A stretch of 64,000 nt of DNA from Gemmatimonadaceae bacterium (lineage in GTDB: Bacteria > Gemmatimonadota > Gemmatimonadetes > Gemmatimonadales > Gemmatimonadaceae): the NCBI GenBank assembly GCA_045803545.1, contig JBJMOW010000005.1, forward strand, positions 416,001 through 480,000, written 5' to 3'. Of this stretch, positions 29,368 through 39,503 are shown one piece after another (position 1 is the stretch's first letter; every line of letters starts with the position of its first letter). Under the pieces are notes generated by a model. It saw only the letters and a program-made list of their open reading frames with translations, was not told the DNA's origin and ran no database searches. The position numbers were made by a program, and so were the translations under genes.

Positions 29368-31212
29368 ATGGCGCTAACAGCGATCGATTGGGCAATTGTC
29401 GCCGCGTATTTCATCCTCTCGACGGCGATCGGTTTTGCGTTCACGAAAAAAGGTGGTGAAAGCCTGAGCGAGTATTTCATCTCGGGACGCCAAGTGAGCT
29501 GGTGGTTGGCCGGTGCCTCCATGGTAGCGACAACTTTCGCGGCCGATACCCCCCTCGTCGTTACAGGATTCGTCTACAATCACGGTGTTGCCGGCAACTG
29601 GATCTGGTGGAACATGCTGATGAGCGGCATGCTCACCGTGTTCTTCTTCGCCCGGCTCTGGCGACGCGCCAACGTCCTGACCGACGTCGAGTTCGCCGAG
29701 ATTAGGTACAGCGGTAAACCCGCGGCAGCCCTTCGCGGTTTCCGCGCCCTGTACCTCGCGCTCCCCATCAACCTGATCATTCTCGGCTGGGTGACCCGGG
29801 CGATGATCAAGATCCTCACCATCTCCCTCGGTCTCCACGACGTACGATTCCTCGGGATGAACATCCCAGGTCAGGTCATCGCCGTCGGAATCTGCTTCGT
29901 CATCACGGTAGCGTACTCCGCCGGCGCAGGTATGTGGGCGGTGCTGTGGACCGATCTGGTCCAATTCGTCATCAAGATGACCGCCGTCATTATTCTCGCC
30001 GTTTACGCTGTGAGAGCCGTCGGCGGCATGAGCGCGCTGAAGGCAGGCCTCGGCACCCACTTCGGAGATGCCAACGCCGCACTCTCCGTGATGCCGATCA
30101 AGATCACCGATCACGGAATCGAGGCTTATGCATGGATGCCCCTACTAGCGCTATTCGTATTCCTCGGCGTTCAGTGGTGGGCAGCCTGGTATCCCGGCGC
30201 TGAGCCCGGCGGCGGCGGTTACGTGGCGCAGCGAATCTTCTCGGCGAAGACCGAGCGGGACGGAGTGCTCGCCACTCTTTTCTTCAACGTCGCACACTAC
30301 GCGCTGCGTCCGTGGCCGTGGATTATCACCGGCCTCTGCACAGTAATTCTCTACCCGGCTGGAATTGGTCCAACCCACGATCACGAAGCTGCCTACGTGC
30401 AGGCCTTCGTCGATCTCCTGCCTACTCCATGGCGCGGGTTCATGCTCGCCGGCTTCGCGGCCGCGTATATGTCAACCGTCGGCACACAGCTCAACTGGGG
30501 CGCCTCTTACCTGGTTAACGATTTCTACAAACGGTTCATCAATCGCACTGCGACGGAGAAGCACTACGTCGCAGTCTCCCGCGCTGCGACTGTGTTCCTG
30601 TTTCTCGCCGCGGCATTGGTGACGATGCAGCTGAGCACCATCGAAGGCGCCTGGAAATTTCTGCTCGCCCTTGGATCGGGCACCGGTCTGGTATTGATCC
30701 TTCGCTGGTACTGGTGGCGCATCAACGCCTGGAGCGAAATCAGCGCGATGACTGCGTCTTTCATCGTGTCGCTGATCGCGATCAGCGTCATCAAGCCCAG
30801 ATTCGCAGCCGATGATTTCAGGGGGGATGCCTGGGTAATGCTCGTTACCGTAGCTATTAGTACAGTCGTCTGGATAGTAGCGACGTTCGTTACAGCGCCT
30901 GAGCCGGAGTCAGTGCTGCAAAGCTTCTATCAGCGGGTGAGGCCTGGTGGGCCCGGCTGGGCGCGGGTTTCCGAGAGCCTGGGGTATGGACGGGAGCAGA
31001 TTCCCGGAGGCGCGCTTGCCTGGACTAACTGGATCGCTGGAATCGTCGCCGTGTATTCATCGTTGTTCGGAATCGGCAAGATCGTGCTGGGGGAAGTCGG
31101 GGTGGGGATAGCGATGCTGGTACTTGCTGTCATCGCCTTTGCGTGGATTGCGCGTTCGTTCCGTGCGGAGGAGCGTGCGAACACCCTACCCGCCCTCAGT
31201 GAAGTCGCCTAA
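29368..31212 (+). CDS. Sodium:solute symporter family protein
   Basis: SMVATTFAADTPL, GAEPGGGGYVAQR; about 14 TM helices. Confidence 0.92.
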   Translation: MALTAIDWAIVAAYFILSTAIGFAFTKKGGESLSEYFISGRQVSWWLAGASMVATTFAADTPLVVTGFVYNHGVAGNWIWWNMLMSGMLTVFFFARLWRRANVLTDVEFAEIRYSGKPAAALRGFRALYLALPINLIILGWVTRAMIKILTISLGLHDVRFLGMNIPGQVIAVGICFVITVAYSAGAGMWAVLWTDLVQFVIKMTAVIILAVYAVRAVGGMSALKAGLGTHFGDANAALSVMPIKITDHGIEAYAWMPLLALFVFLGVQWWAAWYPGAEPGGGGYVAQRIFSAKTERDGVLATLFFNVAHYALRPWPWIITGLCTVILYPAGIGPTHDHEAAYVQAFVDLLPTPWRGFMLAGFAAAYMSTVGTQLNWGASYLVNDFYKRFINRTATEKHYVAVSRAATVFLFLAAALVTMQLSTIEGAWKFLLALGSGTGLVLILRWYWWRINAWSEISAMTASFIVSLIAISVIKPRFAADDFRGDAWVMLVTVAISTVVWIVATFVTAPEPESVLQSFYQRVRPGGPGWARVSESLGYGREQIPGGALAWTNWIAGIVAVYSSLFGIGKIVLGEVGVGIAMLVLAVIAFAWIARSFRAEERANTLPALSEVA

Positions 31213-31235
31213 ATTTCAGTAGTACTGGAGGATAA

Positions 31236-31592
31236 ATGTCAGTTTCGTCACAACCGGAAATCGAGCTCATCGTCACGCCTGCAGCTGGCGTTGAGGTCAA
31301 GAAGTTTATGGACGCCGAGGGAGTCACTGTGGAGCAGGGCGGACTGCGCGTGAGCGTCCAGCCGGGCGGCTGCAGCGGCTTCAAGTACAGCCTCGTCATC
31401 GAGGATCAGGCTGCGGAGGATGACCTCGTTCTGCAGTCCGAAGGATTCAAGGTCTTCGTGGACCCGTTCTCGGCTCAGTACCTGAATGGCGTCACGATCG
31501 ACTACGTCACTTCCATGCAGGGTTCTGGATTCACCTTCAAGAACCCCAATTCGACTGGGGGCTGCGGCTGCGGAAGCTCCTTCTCGGCGTAG
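31236..31592 (+). CDS. A-type Fe-S carrier (HesB/IscA/ErpA)
   Basis: GGCSGFKY, NPNSTGGCGCGSSF. Confidence 0.95.
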   Translation: MSVSSQPEIELIVTPAAGVEVKKFMDAEGVTVEQGGLRVSVQPGGCSGFKYSLVIEDQAAEDDLVLQSEGFKVFVDPFSAQYLNGVTIDYVTSMQGSGFTFKNPNSTGGCGCGSSFSA

Positions 31593-31631
31593 AGCTTTCG
31601 TCGGTAAGTACTTTGAATCGAGGGCGGTGAA

Positions 31632-33161
31632 ATGAACGCGCATTTCACCGCCCTCGATTTTCTTGTACTCGTCGTTTACCTGATCGGCACGACCATTCTC
31701 GGCATCTGGCTCGGCCGAAATCAGCGCGACACCAAGGACTACTTCGTTGCCGGCCACGCGATTCCGTGGTGGGCGGTCCTGTTCTCCATCGTCGCGACTG
31801 AAACGAGCGCGTTGACGTTCATCAGCATTCCCGGGCTAGCCTACACCACCAACCTCGGCTTCCTGCAGATCGCCGCGGGGTATTTGCTCGGACGTATCGT
31901 CGTCGCTTATACGCTGTTGCCCCGTTACTACCAGGGCGACCTGGTGACGGCGTACGCGCTACTCGAGAAGCGATTCGGCGTCGGCACCCGCCGATTCGCT
32001 TCGATCGTTTTCATGGTGACGCGCGCCTTCGCCGATTCGGTGCGGGTGTTCGCCACTGCGATTCCAATCGCTCTGATACTTGGCCCCGCAGTGCCCCAGA
32101 AGTTCGTGATGCCCGTCGCGATTCTCACGCTCGGCGCGCTGACGCTTTTGTACACGTACCACGGCGGAATGCGCGCGGTGGTCTGGACCGACGTGCTGCA
32201 GACCAGCGTGTACCTCCTTGGCGGTCTCGTCGCGGTTTACTTGTTGGGGAAGGGCGTCGAAGGCGGTTGGAGCGCGATCATATCGCGCGCGAGCGGAGCA
32301 GGAAAACTCAAGATCATCGACGTGTACTTCGGCTTCGACAAACCGTACACGCTGTTCGCCGGTCTCATCGGCGGCGCATTTCTATCGATGGCATCTCATG
32401 GGGCGGATCAGGTCATCGTCCAGCGACTGCTAGCTGCGTCCAGTCTCAAGGAATCGCGAAAGGCGCTGATCGGGAGCGGCATCGCCGTCTGGTTCCAGTT
32501 CGCCTTGTTCCTGATGATTGGAATTGGGCTCTACGCGTTTTACCAGGCCCGAACATTTGCGGTACCCGACTCGATCTTTCCGACCTTCGTTGTCGACTCC
32601 ATGCCCGAGGGGCTGAAGGGGTTGATCGTAGCGGCGGTGCTCGCCGCAACGATGAGCGCACACTCCGGCGCGATGAATTCCCTGGCTGCTTCGACCACAC
32701 ACGACATCTATTTGCCAGTCACCGGCCGTCGCGCTGATGATCCGCGCACCCTTCGCATCGGAAAACTCTTTACACTGGGGTGGGGAGTAATCCTGCTCGT
32801 TGCCGCCCTCCTGTATCGTCAGCAAGGGACACCGGTGGTGGTTATCGCGCTTTCGATTGCGTCCTTCACGTACGGCGCGTTACTGGGCGGATTCTTCCTC
32901 GGCATGCTATGGCAGCGCGCCATTCAGCGAGATGCGATTACAGGCATGGCGGTCGGCATCGTCGCAATGAGCTTCGTCGTCTTCGCCAAGCAGATGATGC
33001 CGATTTTCCCGTCGCTGACTGGTCTGCTGACCACGCTGTCGCACATCTCCTTCCCCTGGTACGTTCTGATCGGAACTTCATTTACCGTGGGCGTTGGAAT
33101 CCTTTCGTCGTTCACCCACGGTCCGCGGGTCATTCAGACGGCAACAGACGTCAGACGATGA
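31632..33161 (+). CDS. Sodium:solute symporter (putative amino-sugar transporter)
   Basis: SIVATETSALTFISIPG, GGMRAVVWTDV, GADQVIVQRLL. Confidence 0.92.
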   Translation: MNAHFTALDFLVLVVYLIGTTILGIWLGRNQRDTKDYFVAGHAIPWWAVLFSIVATETSALTFISIPGLAYTTNLGFLQIAAGYLLGRIVVAYTLLPRYYQGDLVTAYALLEKRFGVGTRRFASIVFMVTRAFADSVRVFATAIPIALILGPAVPQKFVMPVAILTLGALTLLYTYHGGMRAVVWTDVLQTSVYLLGGLVAVYLLGKGVEGGWSAIISRASGAGKLKIIDVYFGFDKPYTLFAGLIGGAFLSMASHGADQVIVQRLLAASSLKESRKALIGSGIAVWFQFALFLMIGIGLYAFYQARTFAVPDSIFPTFVVDSMPEGLKGLIVAAVLAATMSAHSGAMNSLAASTTHDIYLPVTGRRADDPRTLRIGKLFTLGWGVILLVAALLYRQQGTPVVVIALSIASFTYGALLGGFFLGMLWQRAIQRDAITGMAVGIVAMSFVVFAKQMMPIFPSLTGLLTTLSHISFPWYVLIGTSFTVGVGILSSFTHGPRVIQTATDVRR

Positions 33162-34090
33162 GCGAGATCTTAATCGGGGTCGATGGCGGCGGGTCCAAAA
33201 CACGAGTGATGGTGGGAACGGCCGAGGGTGAAGTCCTCGCAGATGTGTCGGGCCCGAAATCGAACGTAGTGCCGGGTCAGGCGGAGAAATCGGCCGGCGT
33301 TATTGCAAGCCTCGTCACGCAAGCTCTTTCTGAGATTGCACAACCCGGCGCCGTCACTCCACGGGTGTTGTACTGCGGGGTTGCAGGTACTGGCCGCGAC
33401 GAGGAGCGCCGTGCCTTGCAGGCCGCACTCGACTCCATGGAGCTTGCCGAGGAAGTCGTGATCGACTCTGATGGAATGATCGCGATGTACGACGCGTTCG
33501 AGGATCGCGCGGGAATCTTGCTCGTCGTCGGCACCGGATCCATCGCTTACGGCCGCAGTCCCGCCGGAGAAATCGTTCGCTGCGGTGGCTGGGGGCCTTA
33601 CTTCGGCGACGAAGGCAGCGGAAGCTGGATCGGTCGTCGGGCGCTCAGCATCGTGGCTGCATCGAGCGACGGCCGCGAGCCACCGACTGCGCTCCTCTTT
33701 CCAATCCTCGCTGCGACAGAGTGTGAGGATGTGCAGGACCTTATTCCGTGGGCCGCAACCGCCGACTCGCGGGCGCTTGCTTCACTGGCGCCAGTTGTAT
33801 TCACTGCCGCCGCCAACGGCGATCCACGCGCCAATGCCCTGCTCACTCTGGCAGCCGAAGAACTGGTGCTGCACGTGCGGGCGCTGGCGCGTCAGCTATT
33901 CACCGACGAACGCGCGGCAGTTTCGGTTGCTTTGACCGGCGGACTCATGGATCGGAGTTCGGCGCTCAGGAAGCGACTGGAGCAGCGCCTGAAGTCGGCG
34001 GTGCCTGGTGCACAGCTTCGATCGGAAGAAGTCCTTCCTGCGCGAGGAGCACTTCGGGCTGCGGCGCGGCGAATTCACCTTCCCACTTAG
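33158..34090 (+). CDS. BadF/BadG/BcrA/BcrD-family N-acetylhexosamine (GlcNAc/MurNAc) kinase
   Basis: MSEILIGVDGGGSKT, VGTGSIAYG, GGWGPYFGDEGSGSWIG; ATGA overlap with the symporter. Confidence 0.9.
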   Translation: MSEILIGVDGGGSKTRVMVGTAEGEVLADVSGPKSNVVPGQAEKSAGVIASLVTQALSEIAQPGAVTPRVLYCGVAGTGRDEERRALQAALDSMELAEEVVIDSDGMIAMYDAFEDRAGILLVVGTGSIAYGRSPAGEIVRCGGWGPYFGDEGSGSWIGRRALSIVAASSDGREPPTALLFPILAATECEDVQDLIPWAATADSRALASLAPVVFTAAANGDPRANALLTLAAEELVLHVRALARQLFTDERAAVSVALTGGLMDRSSALRKRLEQRLKSAVPGAQLRSEEVLPARGALRAAARRIHLPT

Positions 34091-35324
34091 CCATCACGAC
34101 TGTCGCCAGACAGTTTCCAATCAGGTTAGTGCTGGTGCGGGCCATGTCCATCAACGTGTCGACGCCCAAAATGATGGCGACACCCTCGAGCGGCAGGCCG
34201 AAAGTTGCCAGAGTCCCTGAGAGAATCACCAGCGACGCGCGTGGCACCGCCGCTACTCCTTTGCTGGTAACCATCAGCGTGAACATCATCGCCAGCTGAT
34301 TCGCAAAACTGAGCGGGTGCCCAGCAGCCTGAGCGACGAAGATCGACGCCACGGCCAGGTACAACGTTGAGCCGTCGAGGTTGAACGAGTACCCGGTCGG
34401 CATCACGAAAGCGACAATCCGTCGAGGAACACCAATCGCTTCCATCGACTGCATTGCGAGTGGCAGGGCCGCCTCGGAGGAGGTTGTAGAGAAAGCGATC
34501 AGCGCCGGCGATCTCACCGCGCGAACGAATTGGCGCAGTGGCACTCGGAACAGCCACGCAATCGGAAGCAGAACGAAGAGGAAGAAAACAACCAGGGCGC
34601 CGTAAAGAGTCAGCACGAGTTTGCCGAGGCTGAATAACACTCCGAGACCATTTTGGGCGACGGCCACAGCGATCGCCGCTCCGATTCCGAAGGGAGCGAA
34701 TCTCATCACCATCATCGTAAACTTGAACATGATCTCAGAGAGCGCTTCGCAGACCGAGAGCATGACTTCCTTGGAGCGCCCCTGAACTTTCGAGAGTGCT
34801 ACCGCGAATAGCACCGCAAAGAACACAACCTGCAAGACTTCGTTGTTGGCTGCCGCCTCGACGATGCTCTGAGGGACGAGGTGCTCGAGGAAGCTCGTTC
34901 CCGTCTGTGTTTTATGAGATAGCTCCTGCCCAGTCGCGGCGGAGGCGCCCAGCACTACACCATCGCCGGGTCGCACCAGATTGACAGCGCCAAGGCCAAT
35001 GAAAAGCGCGAGGGTGGTGACAATTTCGAAGTAAATGATCGATTTGAGCGCGAGTCTTCCAACACGCTTCATGTCGTCGCCATGACCGGCGATTCCTACC
35101 ACCAGCGTTCCGAAAATCAACGGCGCAATGATCGACTTGATCATCCGCAGGAAAACCGTCGAGAGCGGCTTGAGCTGAACTGCGAGATCCGAAGGAGCCC
35201 TGATTCCCATCGCGTTCAAGGCGCGCGCGATCTGCTCGCCATACACACCGATCAAAACGCCGATCACCATCGAGATCAGAATCCAGCTGGTGAGCGAGAT
35301 GCGGCGAAGACGGCGATAAACCAT
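33966..35324 (-). CDS. Dicarboxylate/amino acid:cation symporter (GltP/DctA family)
   Basis: AFSTTSSEAALP, GYSFNLDGS, SKGVAAVP, DMARTSTN. Confidence 0.94.
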   Translation of the reverse strand: MVYRRLRRISLTSWILISMVIGVLIGVYGEQIARALNAMGIRAPSDLAVQLKPLSTVFLRMIKSIIAPLIFGTLVVGIAGHGDDMKRVGRLALKSIIYFEIVTTLALFIGLGAVNLVRPGDGVVLGASAATGQELSHKTQTGTSFLEHLVPQSIVEAAANNEVLQVVFFAVLFAVALSKVQGRSKEVMLSVCEALSEIMFKFTMMVMRFAPFGIGAAIAVAVAQNGLGVLFSLGKLVLTLYGALVVFFLFVLLPIAWLFRVPLRQFVRAVRSPALIAFSTTSSEAALPLAMQSMEAIGVPRRIVAFVMPTGYSFNLDGSTLYLAVASIFVAQAAGHPLSFANQLAMMFTLMVTSKGVAAVPRASLVILSGTLATFGLPLEGVAIILGVDTLMDMARTSTNLIGNCLATVVMAKWEGEFAAPQPEVLLAQEGLLPIEAVHQAPPTSGAAPVAS

Positions 35325-35349
35325 GACGAGTGGCTTTAGTTGGCGAGGA

Positions 35350-36879
35350 CTAGCGTTCGATCGGCGGCGGCGGCTCGATGGGCACCGGCGGCCTCCCGCG
35401 TCTCAAGGTCGAGTGCCCGAATCCATAGAACCAATAGAGGATGAGCCCAGCCAGCAGCCACCAACCGAACCGGACCCACGCCAGGTGCGGCAAGCCACGC
35501 ATTACGAAAATGCACAGGCCCGCACCTGCCACACCAACCACGTGCACGAACGGCACCCGGAACGGTCGCGGTCGTTCCGGATCGATGTGGCGCAGTACCA
35601 TTACACCAATACACACCAGCGCAAACGCGAACAGCGTTCCGATGTTGGTCAGGTCGTATGTCTCCCCGGCATCACCAATCAACGACCAGAGCGCGACGAA
35701 AAGTCCGGTCAGCATGGTGGTGATGTACGGCGTGCGATATTTGCCGTGAACTTTGCTCGCCCACTTCGGCAACAAACCGTCACGGGCCATCGCGAAGAAA
35801 ATGCGTGGCTGGCCATACTGGAACACCAGCAGCACCGCCGCCATGGAGAATACAGCACCGAGGGCCACGATCTTGGCGATGCTGGTCAGACCCGTCGCGT
35901 TCAGCGCAAACGCGAGTGGATCCGCAGCGGTTCCGAGTTGTTGGTAAGGAACCATGCCAGTGAGCACGTAGCCGATGATGATGTAGATCACCGTGCAGAT
36001 CGCGAGTCCGCCAAGGATCCCGATCGGGAGATTTCGCTGCGGGTTTTTTGTTTCCTCTGCCGCGGTAGATATGGCGTCGAAACCGATATAGGCGAAGAAG
36101 ACGATCGCCGCACCCTGATGGATGCCGGTAAATCCGTTGGGCGCGAAAGGATGGTAGTTCGCGGAGTTGATGTGCTGCGCACCCATGATGATGAATAGCG
36201 TGAGCACAATCAGCTTGACTGCGACCATGATGTTATTGGCGCGCGCGCTCTCTCTCACACCCAGCATCAACAGCCACGTAATCAACGCAACGATCGCAAA
36301 CGCCGGAACGTTGACGAGAATCGGAATCCCGCCAACGTGAGGAGCAGTGTCGAGCAGACCGTGCACCTCTGGATTGGAGCTGAGTAGCGCTGTCCGATAT
36401 CCGGTAGTGAGCCAAACCGGCATCTCGAGCCAACCGCCGAGAAGCGACTTGAAATAGTCGCCCCACGATATTGCGACTGCCACGTTGCCGACCGCATACT
36501 CGAGGATCAGGTCCCAACCGATGATCCACGCGACTAGCTCACCGAGTGTCGCATACGAATATGCGTAGGCGCTCCCGGCCTGCGGAATCATCGATGCCAG
36601 CTCGGCGTAGCACAAACCGGCGAGCGCGCAGCAAGCTCCGAGCAGCAGGAAAGAAATCACGAGCGCCGGGCCTGCGCCGACGCGGATGACTTCGCCGTTC
36701 GGACCGAGCTGCCCCGCTGCCGCCGAGCCAATCGAGCCGAAGATGCCGGCACCGATCACGGCGCCGATGGCGAGCATGATCAGATCGCCGGCGCCAAGCA
36801 CCCGCTTCAATCCCTGCGGATTTTCGCCCTCCGCCAATAGCTCGGCGATCGGCTTGCGCGCGAAGAGTGACCGAATCAT
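35350..36879 (-). CDS. APC-family amino acid permease (CAT-like)
   Basis: IGAVIGAGIF, GSAYAYSY, FAYIGFD, RPFRVP. Confidence 0.94.
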   Translation of the reverse strand: MIRSLFARKPIAELLAEGENPQGLKRVLGAGDLIMLAIGAVIGAGIFGSIGSAAAGQLGPNGEVIRVGAGPALVISFLLLGACCALAGLCYAELASMIPQAGSAYAYSYATLGELVAWIIGWDLILEYAVGNVAVAISWGDYFKSLLGGWLEMPVWLTTGYRTALLSSNPEVHGLLDTAPHVGGIPILVNVPAFAIVALITWLLMLGVRESARANNIMVAVKLIVLTLFIIMGAQHINSANYHPFAPNGFTGIHQGAAIVFFAYIGFDAISTAAEETKNPQRNLPIGILGGLAICTVIYIIIGYVLTGMVPYQQLGTAADPLAFALNATGLTSIAKIVALGAVFSMAAVLLVFQYGQPRIFFAMARDGLLPKWASKVHGKYRTPYITTMLTGLFVALWSLIGDAGETYDLTNIGTLFAFALVCIGVMVLRHIDPERPRPFRVPFVHVVGVAGAGLCIFVMRGLPHLAWVRFGWWLLAGLILYWFYGFGHSTLRRGRPPVPIEPPPPIER

Positions 36880-36945
36880 GTCAGCAGGCTTGAGGTGTGC
36901 CTCGGCGCATCGCTAAACACGCCGAGGCTTTTGAAACGCGGCTCG

Positions 36946-39453
36946 TTAAGCAGCCGCACTCTTGACGCGCATCCCGTAGAACGAGCGGATGACGAACGTG
37001 ACGGAGATCAGGAAGAACACCGCCGCAAGGATCCGGGTCAGCGTCGCTCCCCTATCATGCGTAAGGGAGACCGCCAGCTCCACCGCCAGCAGCCCGAACA
37101 GCGTGGTGAACTTGATGACTGGATTGAGGGCAACCGACGACGTGTCCTTGAACGGATCGCCGACGGTGTCGCCGACGACGGTCGCCGCGTGAAGCGGAGT
37201 TCCCTTCTGCTTCAATTCGACCTCTACGATCTTCTTCGCATTATCCCACGCGCCACCGGCGTTAGCCATGAAGATCGCCTGGAACAACCCGAACAGCGCA
37301 ATCGACACGAGATACCCGATGAAGAAGTACGGCTCGACGAACGCAAAGGCGAGCGTTGCGAAGAATACCGTGAGGAAGATGTTGAACATGCCTTCCTGCG
37401 CGTACTTGGTGCAGATCTCGACGACCTTCTTGGTGTCTTCCACCGACGCTTTCTTGTCGGAGCTCAGATCCATGTGACCCTTGATGAATTCAACCGCGCG
37501 GTACGCACCCGTCGTGACCGCCTGTGTCGAAGCGCCGGTGAACCAGTAGATCATCGCACCACCCGTGATCAGGCCGAGCAGAAATGGCGGATGCAGAATC
37601 GATAGATTGGCGATGAATTCCGGCTTGAGTCCCTGCGTCAACGCCACGATGATGGAGAAAATCATCGTCGTCGCACCAACGACCGCGGTTCCGATGAGCA
37701 CTGGCTTCGCCGTTGCCTTGAAGGTGTTGCCCGCACCGTCGTTCTCCTCGAGCAAGTGCTTGGCCCTGCTGAACTGCGGTGTGAAGCCGTATTGACTGTT
37801 GATCTGCTGCGAAATTCCCGGCTGCGTCTCGATCTGTGACAGCTCGAACACCGACTGCGCGTTATCCGTCACTGGACCGTAAGAGTCGACCGCAATGGTC
37901 ACCGGACCCATGCCAAGAAAGCCGAACGCAACCAGACCGAACGCGAACACTGCCGGCGCGATCATCAAAGCGCCGAAACCCGCAGTGCTGACGAGGAAAC
38001 CGATGGACATCAAAAGCATGATCGCCATTCCCAGCCAGTAAGCGCTGAAGTTTCCGGCGACGAACCCGGAAAGAATGTTGAGTGATGCTCCACCTTCAGC
38101 CGATGAAGTCACGATCTCCTTGACGTGCGCCGAGCTCGTTGATGTGAAGACTTTCACGAGCTCCGGGATGATTGCTCCCGCCAGCGTGCCGCACGTAATG
38201 ACGGTCGACAGCTTCCACCACAGACTGCCATCACCGAGATTCGGCAGCAGCAGGTAAGAAACGAGGTAGGTCAAGGCAACCGAGATGAGCGAGGTGAGCC
38301 ACACCAGAGATGTAAGCGGCGTCTCGTAGTTCATGTCGTCTGCGTCGACGTAGCGCGCGCGGGCGATGGCTTCATTGATCAGATAGGACAGGCCGCTCGC
38401 CACGACCATCATGATGCGCATCACGAAGATCCAGACGAGGAGCTGCACCTGCACCAGCGGATCCCGCACGGCAAGAACGATGAACGAGATGAGCGCGACG
38501 CCCGTCACCCCGTAGGTCTCGAAGCCGTCAGCGCTCGGGCCGACCGAGTCGCCGGCGTTGTCGCCGGTACAATCCGCGATCACGCCGGGATTGCGCGCGT
38601 CGTCTTCCTTGACGTTGAACACGATCTTCATCAGATCCGCGCCGATATCGGCAATCTTGGTGAAGATTCCGCCCGCAATACGCAGCGCCGCGGCGCCGAG
38701 CGACTCGCCGATCGCGAACCCGATAAAACAGGGGCCGGCGTAGTCACCCGGAATGAACAGCAGGATGAAGAGCATCATCACCAGTTCGACGCTGATGAGT
38801 AGCATGCCGATGCTCATCCCCGCGCGGAGGGGAATCGAGTAGCACGGATACGGCTTGCCTTTGAGACTTGCAAAGGCGGTCCGCGAGTTGGCGAAGGTGT
38901 TGATACGAATTCCAAACCACGCCACCCCGTAGCTGCCTGCAATGCCGACCAGGCTGAACAACAGGATGATCGCGACTTTGCTCGCCGGAAATCTGACCAG
39001 GAACCCGAAATAAAGAACGATCACGAGTCCGATGAAGATCTCTAGAATCAGAATGAACTTGCCCTGGCGAATCAGATACGTTTTGCAAGTTTCGTAGATC
39101 AGCTCCGAGATCTCACGCATCGACTCGTGAACCGCCAGTCGCTTCAGCTGGCTGTACATCACCAGTCCGAACAGCAATCCGAGCGCGCAGATCGCAAGTC
39201 CACCCATCAGCAGCGAGTGGCCACGGATTCCGCCGAGGAAGGTCACTTGCGACAGATCGGGGATGATCAGATTCGCTTCGCCCCCGGGCTGATGCTCCGG
39301 TACGGCGACCGACTGTGCGGTTCCGGTCGCGGCAGCGGCGACAGCGCTGTCGGTACGGTTCTCCGACACGCCCTGCGCCGACAGTCCGAGCGGTGCCAGC
39401 AAAGCCATGACAAATGTCAGCGTACGAATCAAATGCAAAAACTTCCGGTTCAT
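36946..39453 (-). CDS. hppA: Membrane-bound ion-translocating pyrophosphatase, long divergent type
   Basis: GGIFTKIADIGADL, EDDARNPGVIADCTGDNAGD, GNTFKA, GDTVGDPFKDT. Confidence 0.93.
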   Translation of the reverse strand: MNRKFLHLIRTLTFVMALLAPLGLSAQGVSENRTDSAVAAAATGTAQSVAVPEHQPGGEANLIIPDLSQVTFLGGIRGHSLLMGGLAICALGLLFGLVMYSQLKRLAVHESMREISELIYETCKTYLIRQGKFILILEIFIGLVIVLYFGFLVRFPASKVAIILLFSLVGIAGSYGVAWFGIRINTFANSRTAFASLKGKPYPCYSIPLRAGMSIGMLLISVELVMMLFILLFIPGDYAGPCFIGFAIGESLGAAALRIAGGIFTKIADIGADLMKIVFNVKEDDARNPGVIADCTGDNAGDSVGPSADGFETYGVTGVALISFIVLAVRDPLVQVQLLVWIFVMRIMMVVASGLSYLINEAIARARYVDADDMNYETPLTSLVWLTSLISVALTYLVSYLLLPNLGDGSLWWKLSTVITCGTLAGAIIPELVKVFTSTSSAHVKEIVTSSAEGGASLNILSGFVAGNFSAYWLGMAIMLLMSIGFLVSTAGFGALMIAPAVFAFGLVAFGFLGMGPVTIAVDSYGPVTDNAQSVFELSQIETQPGISQQINSQYGFTPQFSRAKHLLEENDGAGNTFKATAKPVLIGTAVVGATTMIFSIIVALTQGLKPEFIANLSILHPPFLLGLITGGAMIYWFTGASTQAVTTGAYRAVEFIKGHMDLSSDKKASVEDTKKVVEICTKYAQEGMFNIFLTVFFATLAFAFVEPYFFIGYLVSIALFGLFQAIFMANAGGAWDNAKKIVEVELKQKGTPLHAATVVGDTVGDPFKDTSSVALNPVIKFTTLFGLLAVELAVSLTHDRGATLTRILAAVFFLISVTFVIRSFYGMRVKSAAA

Positions 39454-39503
39454 TCTTTAATTTCTCCGAGGGGTGGAATGCGCCGGTATCAATCCGGCCC
39501 TGC

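Noticed and set aside
32780..33157. N-terminal extension of the kinase ORF (similar extensions on E1a, E1b, E2, PilW-B, PilV-B and the 52298 ORF)
   Set aside because: They overlap upstream genes; downstream starts with stop/start coupling or an RBS fit the families better.
36899..36928. Hairpin between hppA and the permease as a terminator
   Set aside because: The stem is real (GCCTCGGCG/CGCCGAGGC) but the T-tract is on the non-coding strand; function is unclear.
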